The notes under the pieces: model-generated
Databases searched by the model: none
Seen by the model: only the letters and a program-made list of their open reading frames with translations
Told to the model about the DNA's origin: nothing
Position numbers and translations under genes: made by a program
From: a virus
Virus record (IMG/VR): IMGVR_UViG_3300009159_005447
Span: 6,447 to 70,446 of that record
Length of the DNA: 64,000 nucleotides
Strand: one strand, 5' to 3'
Shown: one piece after another, positions 8,727-17,649 of the stretch
Position numbering within the stretch: the stretch's first letter is position 1
How the letters are laid out: each line of letters starts with the position of its first letter

Positions 8727-9371
8727 TTATTGTTCCATTAGCTGGTCAACAAACTCTAATAGAAGTTTATGATGTCTAGTTTCGTGCCACTTTGATTCTA
8801 GAAAAGGTTTGTTATACCAAAACTTTTCGCTTTCTGGGTGTGGCCCGATTAATCCAATCCGTCCTTGTATTACTGCGGCAGGATCCCCGTTGGCGTAAGA
8901 GCCTATTGTGGTGAATTTAGTTGAATCCCCAAGTATTGAGCAACCATCATAAAAGAACATTTGTTGCTTAGTTCCTTGCCAATCGATGTCTGCTGTGGTC
9001 CCAAAACTACGACGAATATCAGCAGTAGGTTGTTTAATGTATTGTTCTATTTCTATACCATCTAGTATATCAAAATAGTTTGGGCCTGCCCAGTAAGCAC
9101 CCATACAAATGCCTAAATACCGCCCGCCTCTTTCAATATAGTCGGCCACGTGATTGGCAGTCTTGCGCTTAAAAAATCCAAAGTATGTGTCTGCATCTCC
9201 AATACCACCGGGAAATGCTATCATATCTATATCATCAAAGAATTCTTTATTGATTTGCTCTTCGTTAAAGAGTTTAAAACTGTAGTGCGGATAAAGCGCA
9301 GACAGCATTCCGTTGCAACATTGAACGGAGCACATTGGATGTCGAACATATAGAGCTATTCGACCCTTCAT
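8727..9371 (-). CDS. BPL_N / class I glutamine amidotransferase-like protein
   Basis: FPGG, GGRYLGICMGAY nucleophile elbow, GPHPE. Confidence 0.8.
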   Translation of the reverse strand: MKGRIALYVRHPMCSVQCCNGMLSALYPHYSFKLFNEEQINKEFFDDIDMIAFPGGIGDADTYFGFFKRKTANHVADYIERGGRYLGICMGAYWAGPNYFDILDGIEIEQYIKQPTADIRRSFGTTADIDWQGTKQQMFFYDGCSILGDSTKFTTIGSYANGDPAAVIQGRIGLIGPHPESEKFWYNKPFLESKWHETRHHKLLLEFVDQLMEQ

Positions 9372-9401
9372 AGTGATATTTTCATAACAATGTTATTTAA
9401 C

Positions 9402-9430
9402 AAAAAAAAAGGCCCCGGGGGGCCTTTTTT
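9402..9430 (-). terminator. intrinsic terminator
   Basis: GGCCCC/GGGGCC hairpin flanked by A and T tracts. Confidence 0.7.
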
Positions 9431-9440
9431 AGACTTAAAA

Positions 9441-9890
9441 TTAGAAACTAACTTTTAGTCCTGCTGTAGCACGGTTACCATCAAATTGGCTAACACGATC
9501 TTGACCCATTTGACGTGTTAGGTCTAAGCCAAGGCTAACAGTTTTAGTAACTGGAAGACTAGCGCCAGCGCCAACAACTAGAGCGTAGCCATCGGCACCG
9601 CGTTGGTTGTTAATAAAAGCACCGCCGCCTTTGACAGCAAAAGAAACTGCACCAAGTTTGGCAACTTCACGACTAGCAATTAGGCTATAACGATCTTGAT
9701 CGTTTGTGCCTTTAGTAGCACGATCAAAACCAGCTGTGACACCCAAGGCGCCAAGTTTTGTTCCGACGGTGATACCAGTGGCTTCTCTATCGTTGCCTGC
9801 ATAATCGCGAGCATAATTTAAGCCAAGTTCAGCGGCACTGGCTACACCAGCTGCCAATGCAATCGTAGTTGCAATAACAAGTTTTTTCAT
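9441..9890 (-). CDS. outer-membrane beta-barrel protein (OmpA/OmpW-like, probably 8-stranded)
   Basis: Signal peptide, alternating beta-strand pattern, C-terminal beta-signal AGLKVSF. Confidence 0.75.
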   Translation of the reverse strand: MKKLVIATTIALAAGVASAAELGLNYARDYAGNDREATGITVGTKLGALGVTAGFDRATKGTNDQDRYSLIASREVAKLGAVSFAVKGGGAFINNQRGADGYALVVGAGASLPVTKTVSLGLDLTRQMGQDRVSQFDGNRATAGLKVSF

Positions 9891-10012
9891 ATATTTCCTT
9901 TTAAAAAGTTACACGGGTTTAACCCCGATGCAACCTTATTATATATGCAACATTTGGTAAAGTCAATGAAAAAGTCACCAAAAAATAACAATCTTTAAAG
10001 TTATAACCCTAG

Positions 10013-10906
10013 TTAAACAGGGATATACTCAATACCTGTAGTGGCCAATCCTACCAAACCAATGGCAGTCTCAAACGATGGTAACTCGCTGGCAGTTAGC
10101 AATACGTCTGCTTGACTGTATTTGTTAGTGCTCATCCAGGTTAACAAACTTTGTGTTTCGGCATAGGTAGCATTTGTACCCATAACGTTTTTGTAAACGT
10201 GCTTGATGAATGTCTCATCGCTAACGCCACCAGCGTCTGCTTTGTAAACATCTGTGGCCAATAATGCTGTGGCCAATTGTTTGTTGGTCCAGCCCGCATC
10301 GGCTAAAGCAATACCAATTCCTGTGTAGGCTTTGGTAACGTCAGACACGCCCAGCGCGGCTGCCAACAATGCATAAACATCACCGGCACGACCTGTGGCA
10401 TCAAAGGCAATAGCCTTGTCGGTGAACACAACACGTTCGTGGTTGGCAAGATTAAACTCAACGTTAGTGGCCAACGTGCTGTCTAATTCAATTTTACCGG
10501 CAGTTTTAGTTACAGTATATTCTGTACTGGCACCGCCCATTGTATAAGTGTCAACGCCTGTGGTACCAGTAACATCTACAGTAACATCCACAGTGCCGTC
10601 GCCAACACGACCTGTGCCCACTACGCCAAATGTAGCAATCTTACCCAGCGTACCCACAGTGGCCACTGTAACAATTAAGTTATTAGTCGAAGTACCACCC
10701 AGTGATGTACCTGCTAGTGTAATGGTGTCACCGGCCGCATAACCGCGACCGGCACTGGCGGCTAGTTCGTCTAATACCACGGTGTAAACACCATTGGTTT
10801 TCGTTACATCAAAAACTGCGCCATCTCCCGATCCGCCGGTTAAACCTGAAACGTTTTGATACGTTGCGTTAACGGGCTTATCTTTAATTGTAATAGTTGT
10901 AGTCAT
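10013..10906 (-). CDS. S-layer/RTX-associated protein with DUF4214-like C-terminal domain
   Basis: Thr/Gly-rich N-terminus; ERVVFTDKAIAFD...VYALLAAALG...SDETFIKHVYKNVMG. Confidence 0.6.
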   Translation of the reverse strand: MTTTITIKDKPVNATYQNVSGLTGGSGDGAVFDVTKTNGVYTVVLDELAASAGRGYAAGDTITLAGTSLGGTSTNNLIVTVATVGTLGKIATFGVVGTGRVGDGTVDVTVDVTGTTGVDTYTMGGASTEYTVTKTAGKIELDSTLATNVEFNLANHERVVFTDKAIAFDATGRAGDVYALLAAALGVSDVTKAYTGIGIALADAGWTNKQLATALLATDVYKADAGGVSDETFIKHVYKNVMGTNATYAETQSLLTWMSTNKYSQADVLLTASELPSFETAIGLVGLATTGIEYIPV

Positions 10907-11010
10907 AGGTTTTCCTTTTTAATCATATGATCCTACGATTATACACACTTTGGCAAACAAAACTTGTGCGTGTACGCACAAGTTTGACACGATAGTTTGG
11001 AAATTTACCC

Positions 11011-11035
11011 AAAAGAAAACCCGCCAAGGCGGGTT
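11011..11035 (-). terminator. intrinsic terminator
   Basis: AACCCGCC TT GGCGGGTT followed by TTCTTTT. Confidence 0.75.
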
Positions 11036-11080
11036 CACTGCTGGTTACGCAAATCCAGCGACACGTTATCTTGTGCCCGA

Positions 11081-11803
11081 TTAATCCCAATATTTACTGT
11101 TGTCTAGACTGTCCCAATACTTTTTGTTGTTGCGATTAATGAAATTTTTAGTAAGATATTTGGCCATTCCCATATATCCCATCTTTTTAAATCTACGACT
11201 GTCTTGACCAAAGTGATGTCTGACAATCTTAAATTTTCTAGGGCTATACATCCTTGATAGAAAATAATCTTCTGAGGTCGAAAATTGTTCAGGGAAGCCG
11301 CCGTATTCTTCAAAACGATCTCGACGTGTTAACATAAATGCTCCCACAGCAAAAGGACTAAAGAACTTTAAGGTGTGATTAATTAGATTAAATGCAGTGA
11401 ACCCAATCTTTGCTCTCGGGTCGCTATCGTAACATTTAATATTCAACCCCACAAGATCCAAGTTCTTAGATTCAATTGCATCAACGGCATCTTGAATAAC
11501 TGTGTTCTTAAAGAAGCGAACATCGGCATCAATGAATAAAATATACGGAGTAGTAACCAGACGTGCTCCGTTGTTCTTGGCAATGGAAACAGGCCCGCCG
11601 TCAATGATTTCAATATTTAATCCAGCACTATTATCCTGTATGACTTGTCTGGTATTGTCAGTGGAGCAATCAGCAATGATGATTCTGGTATTACCAATTT
11701 TTTGTTCGCGTAACGAGTCTAACAAATGATGAATATAATTTTCTTCATTCTTGCAAGGCACTACAATAGTAATTTTGTCACTGAGGGTTATTGTCTTATA
11801 CAT
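11081..11803 (-). CDS. glycosyltransferase family 2
   Basis: IVVPCKNEE, IADCSTDNT, FIDADV (DxD), SED. Confidence 0.9.
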   Translation of the reverse strand: MYKTITLSDKITIVVPCKNEENYIHHLLDSLREQKIGNTRIIIADCSTDNTRQVIQDNSAGLNIEIIDGGPVSIAKNNGARLVTTPYILFIDADVRFFKNTVIQDAVDAIESKNLDLVGLNIKCYDSDPRAKIGFTAFNLINHTLKFFSPFAVGAFMLTRRDRFEEYGGFPEQFSTSEDYFLSRMYSPRKFKIVRHHFGQDSRRFKKMGYMGMAKYLTKNFINRNNKKYWDSLDNSKYWD

Positions 11804-11824
11804 CGTCCTTCTACCTTAAAATTT

Positions 11825-12706
11825 TTAAACTTTAGATTCCACTTGATCGTGCTTAGGACTTGCTCGCAGGTTTTTTGATCCGAGAACTGTAGCTCTATTC
11901 TTCCCGGTTGATCCTGTGGATCCGTTAGGTGTACTGCTATCAATATCATCAGCCACATTATCCTTCTCCTTAGTCCAAGTTATGATCTCCCAACTACCGT
12001 TCCAGTGTTCTACCAGTGCGGTACACGATTCAACCCAGTCGCCATCATTCATATAGACAACACCGTCTATCATTTTTATTTCGGCGTGGTGTATGTGTCC
12101 GCATATCACTCCATCAAATCCACGCTTCTTACAATATGCCGCTAGATTTTTTTCAAATTGGAATATAAAATCTACGGCTTTTTTAACTCTGTGCTTAAGA
12201 AACTTGCTAATGCTAAAGTAACCAAAACCCATACGATGACGTATCCAATTATACCTGGAGTTGAGTGTAAGAACAAAGTCATATGCTTTATCTCCCAAGA
12301 ATGCTATCCACGGCGCCAATCTTGTTATGCCATCGAATAAATCTCCGTGGGTAACCAAGTAGTGTTTGCCATCGGCACCTATGTGTTCAATTTGATTATG
12401 TATTTCCACCAAACCAAAACTGAAACCGTAGGGTATCATTGGTCTTAGAAATTCATCGTGGTTACCTGCTACATATACAACACGAGTACCGCGCTTGGCG
12501 TGACCTAACACCCTGCGAACAACATTGGTGTGACTTTGTTTCCACCGCCATTTGTTTTGTTGTATGCGCCAAGCGTCTATAATATCACCTACTAGGTATA
12601 GTGTATCACAGGTATTATGCTTGAGAAAATTATTGAGTTTATCCGCTTGACAGTCTTTAGTTCCGAGATGCACATCACTAACAAAGATTGAGCGGTATGT
12701 TTTCAT
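11825..12706 (-). CDS. UDP-2,3-diacylglucosamine diphosphatase-like metallophosphoesterase (LpxH family)
   Basis: SDVHLG, GDIID, GNHD, HGD, GHIH, NDGDWVE. Confidence 0.85.
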   Translation of the reverse strand: MKTYRSIFVSDVHLGTKDCQADKLNNFLKHNTCDTLYLVGDIIDAWRIQQNKWRWKQSHTNVVRRVLGHAKRGTRVVYVAGNHDEFLRPMIPYGFSFGLVEIHNQIEHIGADGKHYLVTHGDLFDGITRLAPWIAFLGDKAYDFVLTLNSRYNWIRHRMGFGYFSISKFLKHRVKKAVDFIFQFEKNLAAYCKKRGFDGVICGHIHHAEIKMIDGVVYMNDGDWVESCTALVEHWNGSWEIITWTKEKDNVADDIDSSTPNGSTGSTGKNRATVLGSKNLRASPKHDQVESKV

Positions 12707-12761
12707 ATATCATATTTACCGCCCAATACGTTGCAATTCCGTTACAGTTTTATTACACAGT

Positions 12762-12787
12762 AAAAAGAAAACCCGCCGAAGCGGGTA
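12762..12787 (-). terminator. intrinsic terminator closing the tmRNA gene
   Basis: ACCCGC TTCG GCGGGT followed by TTTCTTTT. Confidence 0.8.
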
Positions 12788-12789
12788 TC

Positions 12790-13145
12790 TGATTTTCTGT
12801 TACGAGGTATGTCTTACCCTAGGCTGTGTTTTCACGCGGCCAATGCGAACTGTGAGTCGTTTGCGGTTACTTTGTTTTGCTTCTGCGGCCGGGAATCCCC
12901 AACCCTAACGGCTTCTACATTGCCGGACTGTCCATTTCATTACTCTTGACCCAATCGATATCTATGTCAGGCCCATCATAAAAAGACTATGTAACATACT
13001 ATTGCCAGTATACTTACAAAGTTAAAAACACCACATACTACTTGGTATACGTATTCTTCGCCTTTGTTACCCATAATATCTCCTTATGGTGGACCTGCCG
13101 GGAACTGCCCCCGGGTCTTGAATCCTTTTCAATCTACTTCATACA
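12790..13145 (-). ncRNA. ssrA: two-piece (circularly permuted) tmRNA; tag ANDSQFALAA
   Basis: Acceptor piece ends CCGGG-GGCAGTT-CCCGG-CAGGTCC-A-CCA (3' end 13087). Coding piece starts GGGCCTG at 12974 and gives a G3.U70 alanine identity pair. Resume context TAACC-GCA; tag ORF 12864..12832. Outer ends approximate. Confidence 0.9.
12976..13074 (-). CDS. putative 32-aa membrane peptide inside the tmRNA intervening segment
   Basis: TAAGGAG-6 nt-ATG; MGNKGEEYVYQVVCGVFNFVSILAIVCYIVFL*; fills 99 of the 112 intervening nt. Confidence 0.55.
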   Translation of the reverse strand: MGNKGEEYVYQVVCGVFNFVSILAIVCYIVFL

Positions 13146-13166
13146 GTCTTAAACTACATTATATAT

Positions 13167-13340
13167 TTATTTTTGGGCGGCGTCAATCGCTTTGGTGACA
13201 ATGTTGTAGACCTGTGCATACGTATCTGTAATTTGATCCAATTGTTGTTCTGTGACCAAATCATTATCCTCTAGTAGAACCAGGTCACGAGCTAGATTTT
13301 CTTGAAGATTTTTTAGTTGGTTTTGATCAGGTTGAGACAT
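13167..13340 (-). CDS. small hypothetical protein (likely start MSQPDQ)
   Basis: ATG 1 nt after the radical SAM gene stop; helical acidic composition. Confidence 0.5.
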   Translation of the reverse strand: MSQPDQNQLKNLQENLARDLVLLEDNDLVTEQQLDQITDTYAQVYNIVTKAIDAAQK

Positions 13341-13341
13341 A

Positions 13342-14868
13342 TTATGACCACATAACCATATCGTAATAGTCTTTAAACAATTCAATTGATTGTTCTTTAA
13401 CCAAAGCAAAATGCTCAACGGACCTAGGATTGGTCATTATATCTTCTGCAGACTCCCCGTACCATAGACGAGCCGGGGAGAACCAAGTATTTGGCTTTCT
13501 ATATTTTTTCATTTCTTCTGTTAACTTGGCAGCAACTCGCTTAGCCGATGCTGTAGTCCAACAGTCGTTGCGCCAGGTCTTTTCCACAGAGTCAAAGTTT
13601 TCTGCAGGATTATCATCAAATACAAACCCATATTTTTCTGCATTTTTGTCAAACTCAGACTGTATGGTATATTTAGATTTTTTGTCTCCGGGGCCAAATA
13701 GCCCCAATGGCACAAAATTAATAGAGTGCAATTTATTTTCAACAAACCATCTAGCGGTTGTCACGACGTGATTTTTTGTTTCGTGTGGCAGGCCAACAAT
13801 AAAATTGGTATGCATCGGAACCTTGTTTTGCCATATGTTGTGATATAATTCAGGTATGTACTCTCTGGCGTGTTTACCGCTCCAGGCCTTGCCTACAATT
13901 TTACTGGCCTCGGGGTGCAAACTTTCAATTCCGTGATAGGCACCAAACAAGCCAGCCTCCTGTAACATATAAGGAACGTCTGGATATCTTTGCAGTAAAT
14001 CTGCTCTTAGGTATGTAGCAAAGTTAATTTTAAAAGGCAACCGTTGTGTCATAGCGTGGAACGCCGCCATCTTGGTTTCGGTATCATTGAATGTGTCATC
14101 TAAAATATAGTAGCCAGTAGTCTTAAACTTTTCGTAGTTGTTTCGCAACTCGGCCTCTAGTCGATCCATTGATCTGATATAATCTAGTTTTCCTTTTCCA
14201 AGGTGTGGGTACTGGCAAAATCTACAGGCAAAAATACAACCCCTGCTCACATCCAACGGTAATGGTTCCCCGGGTAATATAAAATCTTGTTCAATGAACA
14301 TAAAGTCATCCGACTCAATGTTATACGTGGGGTTTCTAGCAGTGTCATAAACCATTCTAGGTTTTGCAATGTCCCCGGGAAACTCGGGCCAAGGAAACTG
14401 CAATGATCCAATTGGGGCGGGACCTTTTTCTTTAATATAGTTAAGGTACTCTAAAAAGATATCTTCACTGGCCGCAGTGTAGCTCATAACTGTAGCATCT
14501 ATTAGTCCGTAACCAGATATCTTGTCACTCATATATCCACCAATGACAAATTTAATCTGTGGATTTTCTTTTTTTATCAAATTGAGCACACTTAACAAAT
14601 CTTCAGAAATACGCTTATGGGTTCCGTCGCTGTGCTCTGTTGTAGTCTGCATCAAGAACGTCGAAGACAGCGCAATAATTGATGTGTCTTTTGTGATAAA
14701 CTTATTAATTAGTTTGTACAGTTTCTTTTCTCTAAAATGGGTTATAAAATCCAATACTTGACACTGGTATCCATTTTTTCTAATCCAGTGTGCAACCTTG
14801 TACGGGCCAATATACCGCATTAAATATTTTACATCTCGCGGTTCGCCGTTCAGAAAAATTACATCCAT
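13342..14868 (-). CDS. radical SAM protein (B12-binding-domain-like architecture)
   Basis: SRGCIFACRFC (CxxxCxxC), LDDTFN, GIESL, NFIVGLPHET. Confidence 0.85.
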   Translation of the reverse strand: MDVIFLNGEPRDVKYLMRYIGPYKVAHWIRKNGYQCQVLDFITHFREKKLYKLINKFITKDTSIIALSSTFLMQTTTEHSDGTHKRISEDLLSVLNLIKKENPQIKFVIGGYMSDKISGYGLIDATVMSYTAASEDIFLEYLNYIKEKGPAPIGSLQFPWPEFPGDIAKPRMVYDTARNPTYNIESDDFMFIEQDFILPGEPLPLDVSRGCIFACRFCQYPHLGKGKLDYIRSMDRLEAELRNNYEKFKTTGYYILDDTFNDTETKMAAFHAMTQRLPFKINFATYLRADLLQRYPDVPYMLQEAGLFGAYHGIESLHPEASKIVGKAWSGKHAREYIPELYHNIWQNKVPMHTNFIVGLPHETKNHVVTTARWFVENKLHSINFVPLGLFGPGDKKSKYTIQSEFDKNAEKYGFVFDDNPAENFDSVEKTWRNDCWTTASAKRVAAKLTEEMKKYRKPNTWFSPARLWYGESAEDIMTNPRSVEHFALVKEQSIELFKDYYDMVMWS

Positions 14869-14894
14869 TTAAATATACCTTGTTAATGATTTAT

Positions 14895-15812
14895 TTATAG
14901 TGGATTACTTCGGGCCGGTGTTTTCCATTTTTCAGCTAACGCGGCAACCAATTCTTTAACTGTTGCCAGTTTATGCTGTCGCATAAATTTAATAATCTTA
15001 ATGGCGTGTTCTCTATCAGGGCCTGCACTGGGTTTACGTGCATTGCTCAATTCGTTGGCCAATCCCTGTGCGGCATTTTCTCGATCGTAGTCATAGCTCA
15101 GACCATATCTAATCTGGTCTGCTTTCTTGCTTAATTGACTTTTATCATTGGCACTGAGCAATTCCATCCAAGGCATTAAATATCCTCGGTGTCTGCTGAC
15201 ATAACCTTTTGAAGTATCTGGTCCAGTTAAAACAGAAACATCGCCTTGGTGCCTTGGGTCAAAGTTTCTCCAGGCTACAGGGTCGGTGTAAAAATGTGTT
15301 TGAATACCTTGTCGTTTGGCTGCAATTAAAGTTTTTCTACCCCAGGCACGTACATCTGTGCTGGCTTCAGGTTTAACATAAACGTGTATGGCGGTAACAC
15401 CACCAATTGAGATACTAGGATCTTTGCTAAACACACGATCTTCTGCTTCGTGTGTCCTGTGTGATGCTTTTGCTGGATCACGGTTCTCCCAATAATCCAC
15501 AGGCTTGGAAATATAATGATTATTAAACCAATTGCCATCTAGTACAAACAAGACAGCAGAGTCGCCTATGTAGTTGGTGTGATATCCACCTTGGCGTGTT
15601 CTGGTTGTGCTTAAAAAGTAATGGTAATCCTTGGGTGCATATTGTTGCTCAATACTGCCCAATGTGCTACTTAATTGAAACTGCCCTGAAGTCAGAATCT
15701 TTAAAGCAGATGTAATATTGGTGTAGTGGAAAGCAGTCCTGCTCAGGCTTTCAGAGACTGGCCTACGATCCTCTACTTGTCCATCTAATTCAAAAAGTTC
15801 GTTAACTCGCAT
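14895..15812 (-). CDS. hypothetical protein, possible ADP-ribosyltransferase fold
   Basis: Start MRVNELFE after TAAATA; FHYT..ALKIL..G, FLSTTR, EAEDR. Confidence 0.5.
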   Translation of the reverse strand: MRVNELFELDGQVEDRRPVSESLSRTAFHYTNITSALKILTSGQFQLSSTLGSIEQQYAPKDYHYFLSTTRTRQGGYHTNYIGDSAVLFVLDGNWFNNHYISKPVDYWENRDPAKASHRTHEAEDRVFSKDPSISIGGVTAIHVYVKPEASTDVRAWGRKTLIAAKRQGIQTHFYTDPVAWRNFDPRHQGDVSVLTGPDTSKGYVSRHRGYLMPWMELLSANDKSQLSKKADQIRYGLSYDYDRENAAQGLANELSNARKPSAGPDREHAIKIIKFMRQHKLATVKELVAALAEKWKTPARSNPL

Positions 15813-15979
15813 CAAGTATTTACCGTTTGGCACACTTGAGGCAATCAACAAATTATTTGTCGTAGGGCTTTAAAAAGTCATCGTTGGCACTGTCTTCTTC
15901 AAATTTGGACCAATCGTATGTGGCCACGGCGTGTGCCCAAAAACCGATTAATCCAAAAATCAAAACCAACAGTAATAGA

Positions 15980-16321
15980 TTACTGAGCGCAGGTACGAGT
16001 TCTTGTAATTGTGCCATCTGAATGTTGTGTCTCTGTCCACGGAGTACAATTTTGGCTAGTGCCGTAAACTTGACCGGGCTGTTGTTGTATAATCACCGGG
16101 GGTTGTTGCACAATAACAGGGGTTTGGTTACGAGCTATTTCATAGCCAATTACGCCACCAATAATAGTCGGGGCAATCCACATCCAACCATTACTTCCTC
16201 TGTGCCAGTGACCGTGGTGACCGTATTGGGCACGATACCCGTGGTGCGGTGACATTGTGGCATACTGCGCCATTGCTGGCACACTTGTCAAAAGAGCCAA
16301 GGCTAATACAATTTTTCTCAT
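15980..16321 (-). CDS. hypothetical secreted/membrane protein
   Basis: Signal peptide, His/Gly-rich stretch, TM segment, PVIVQQPP repeats; AGGAGG SD. Confidence 0.7.
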   Translation of the reverse strand: MRKIVLALALLTSVPAMAQYATMSPHHGYRAQYGHHGHWHRGSNGWMWIAPTIIGGVIGYEIARNQTPVIVQQPPVIIQQQPGQVYGTSQNCTPWTETQHSDGTITRTRTCAQ

Positions 16322-16386
16322 TGAAACCTCCTAAGGTATACTAATATAACGTATTTATAGCACACTTGGTTGACAACTGCAGAGAT

Positions 16387-16414
16387 AAAAAAAGCCCAGA
16401 CTAGCTGGGCTCTT
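16387..16414 (-). terminator. intrinsic terminator
   Basis: AGCCCAG/CTGGGCT hairpin with U-tract. Confidence 0.7.
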
Positions 16415-16431
16415 GTCTTGCACTAACGCAA

Positions 16432-16782
16432 TTACTCTGCCACTGCGTCTTTGGCGCGGGCTTTGATAGCGTCCAGGCTTGGCTTGGTAGCCTTAGCAGG
16501 CTTTGCGGCCTTGGTTACCTTGACAACAGAAGCACCGTTGTACTTGGCGTCGGCAGCGTCGATGGCCGCTTTGTAGTCGGCACGAGCATACAGCTCAGTA
16601 CCTTTGAGGAAAGTTGCACACTCGCCTTTGCTAACAGCCGAGGGCATCTCCACGAGCTCGATCTCATCGTGACCGGTTTTTTGCAAAACCTTAACACGAG
16701 CCATATCGTTTGCAAAGCGAACTTTGAAGTCGCCACCGCAACGTGAAACACCAGTAACTTTGAAAGATTTGTCATTTGACAT
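16432..16782 (-). CDS. hypothetical protein with Ala/Lys-rich tail (start MSNDKS)
   Basis: AGGAG SD before ATG at 16782. Confidence 0.7.
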   Translation of the reverse strand: MSNDKSFKVTGVSRCGGDFKVRFANDMARVKVLQKTGHDEIELVEMPSAVSKGECATFLKGTELYARADYKAAIDAADAKYNGASVVKVTKAAKPAKATKPSLDAIKARAKDAVAE

Positions 16783-16882
16783 AACGCACACTCCTATGAG
16801 TTTAGTTGATAAAAATGTTGCTAGTTGCAACGTACTCAAATTATAGCTGACTTTACTTCGAATGTCAACCACTTTTTGATCT

Positions 16883-17062
16883 TTAATAGCCCGATTTTTC
16901 CCGAATAGCCAACACTTGGCCAAACGCTTCAAACACGGCCTTTGCGGTTGCAAAGTTGTCAGGGCCGGGCATAGTCATTGTGGTGACTTGACCGATGGTG
17001 GCATTAGAACCGCCGCCCAGAGGACGATTAACGCGAATTGTAACTTCCCACAGCTTAGACAT
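16883..17062 (-). CDS. 59-aa hypothetical protein, not in ORF track
   Basis: MSKLWEVTIRVNRPLGGG...REKSGY*, directly behind a promoter-RBS repeat. Confidence 0.7.
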   Translation of the reverse strand: MSKLWEVTIRVNRPLGGGSNATIGQVTTMTMPGPDNFATAKAVFEAFGQVLAIREKSGY

Positions 17063-17067
17063 ACTTT

Positions 17068-17124
17068 ACTCCTTTTTGCTTACTATGCTAGTATTATAAC
17101 ACACTTCGAACTTCTGGTCAACCG
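17068..17124 (-). repeat. early promoter-RBS cassette, copy 1
   Basis: CGG TTGACC-17-TATAAT ACTAGCATAGTAAGCAAAAAGGAG. Confidence 0.85.
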
Positions 17125-17146
17125 TTTTATTGTTGTTTTTACAACA

Positions 17147-17551
17147 TTATTGGATGGCCTTGCGTAGCACAATTTCTTGTTTGGCAAAGGCCTGAATCTC
17201 CCAGGGCTGTTCTAGGTAAGGGTAGTTGGTGGCGTAGAACTTGCCTTTCCACTTTTTACCTTTGGGTGTGACTTTCAAAATACCTTTGGCAAATTGAGAG
17301 ACGTGGGTCAACTCGTGTGCCAGGGTAACACCCATTGCTACTAAATCCTTAACAGGCCTAATCACAACCAGGTACGTGTCAATTCCTGTTAAGGGAACGG
17401 TGGTGCCTTGGTCTTCCAAATCACTGTCCAATATAATGTGCAACAATTTTTTACTTTTTGTAAGTTTCAATTGCTCCAACATTGAGGGCAAAAGAGCCTC
17501 TACAAACTTTTTGTGTTTTGTACTACCCTCAACATAAAATTGCATCATCAT
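17147..17551 (-). CDS. zincin-like metallopeptidase
   Basis: TLAHELTHVSQ (HExxH) and PWEIQA. Confidence 0.7.
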   Translation of the reverse strand: MMMQFYVEGSTKHKKFVEALLPSMLEQLKLTKSKKLLHIILDSDLEDQGTTVPLTGIDTYLVVIRPVKDLVAMGVTLAHELTHVSQFAKGILKVTPKGKKWKGKFYATNYPYLEQPWEIQAFAKQEIVLRKAIQ

Positions 17552-17605
17552 CCTTTTTGCTTACTATGCTAGTATTATAGCACGTTTGGGCGGGTTGGTC
17601 AACCG
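17551..17605 (-). repeat. early promoter-RBS cassette, copy 2
   Basis: Same TTGACC-17-TATAAT ACTAGCATAGTAAGCAAAAAGGA. Confidence 0.85.
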
Positions 17606-17649
17606 AAATTTTGTTGTTTTTTTGCAACACCAAAAGTAGTACTAAAGTA

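Noticed and set aside
15853-15980. Possible small membrane ORF (LLLLVLIFGLIGFWAHAV...KPYDK*)
   Set aside because: Reads like protein but I found no convincing start codon or SD
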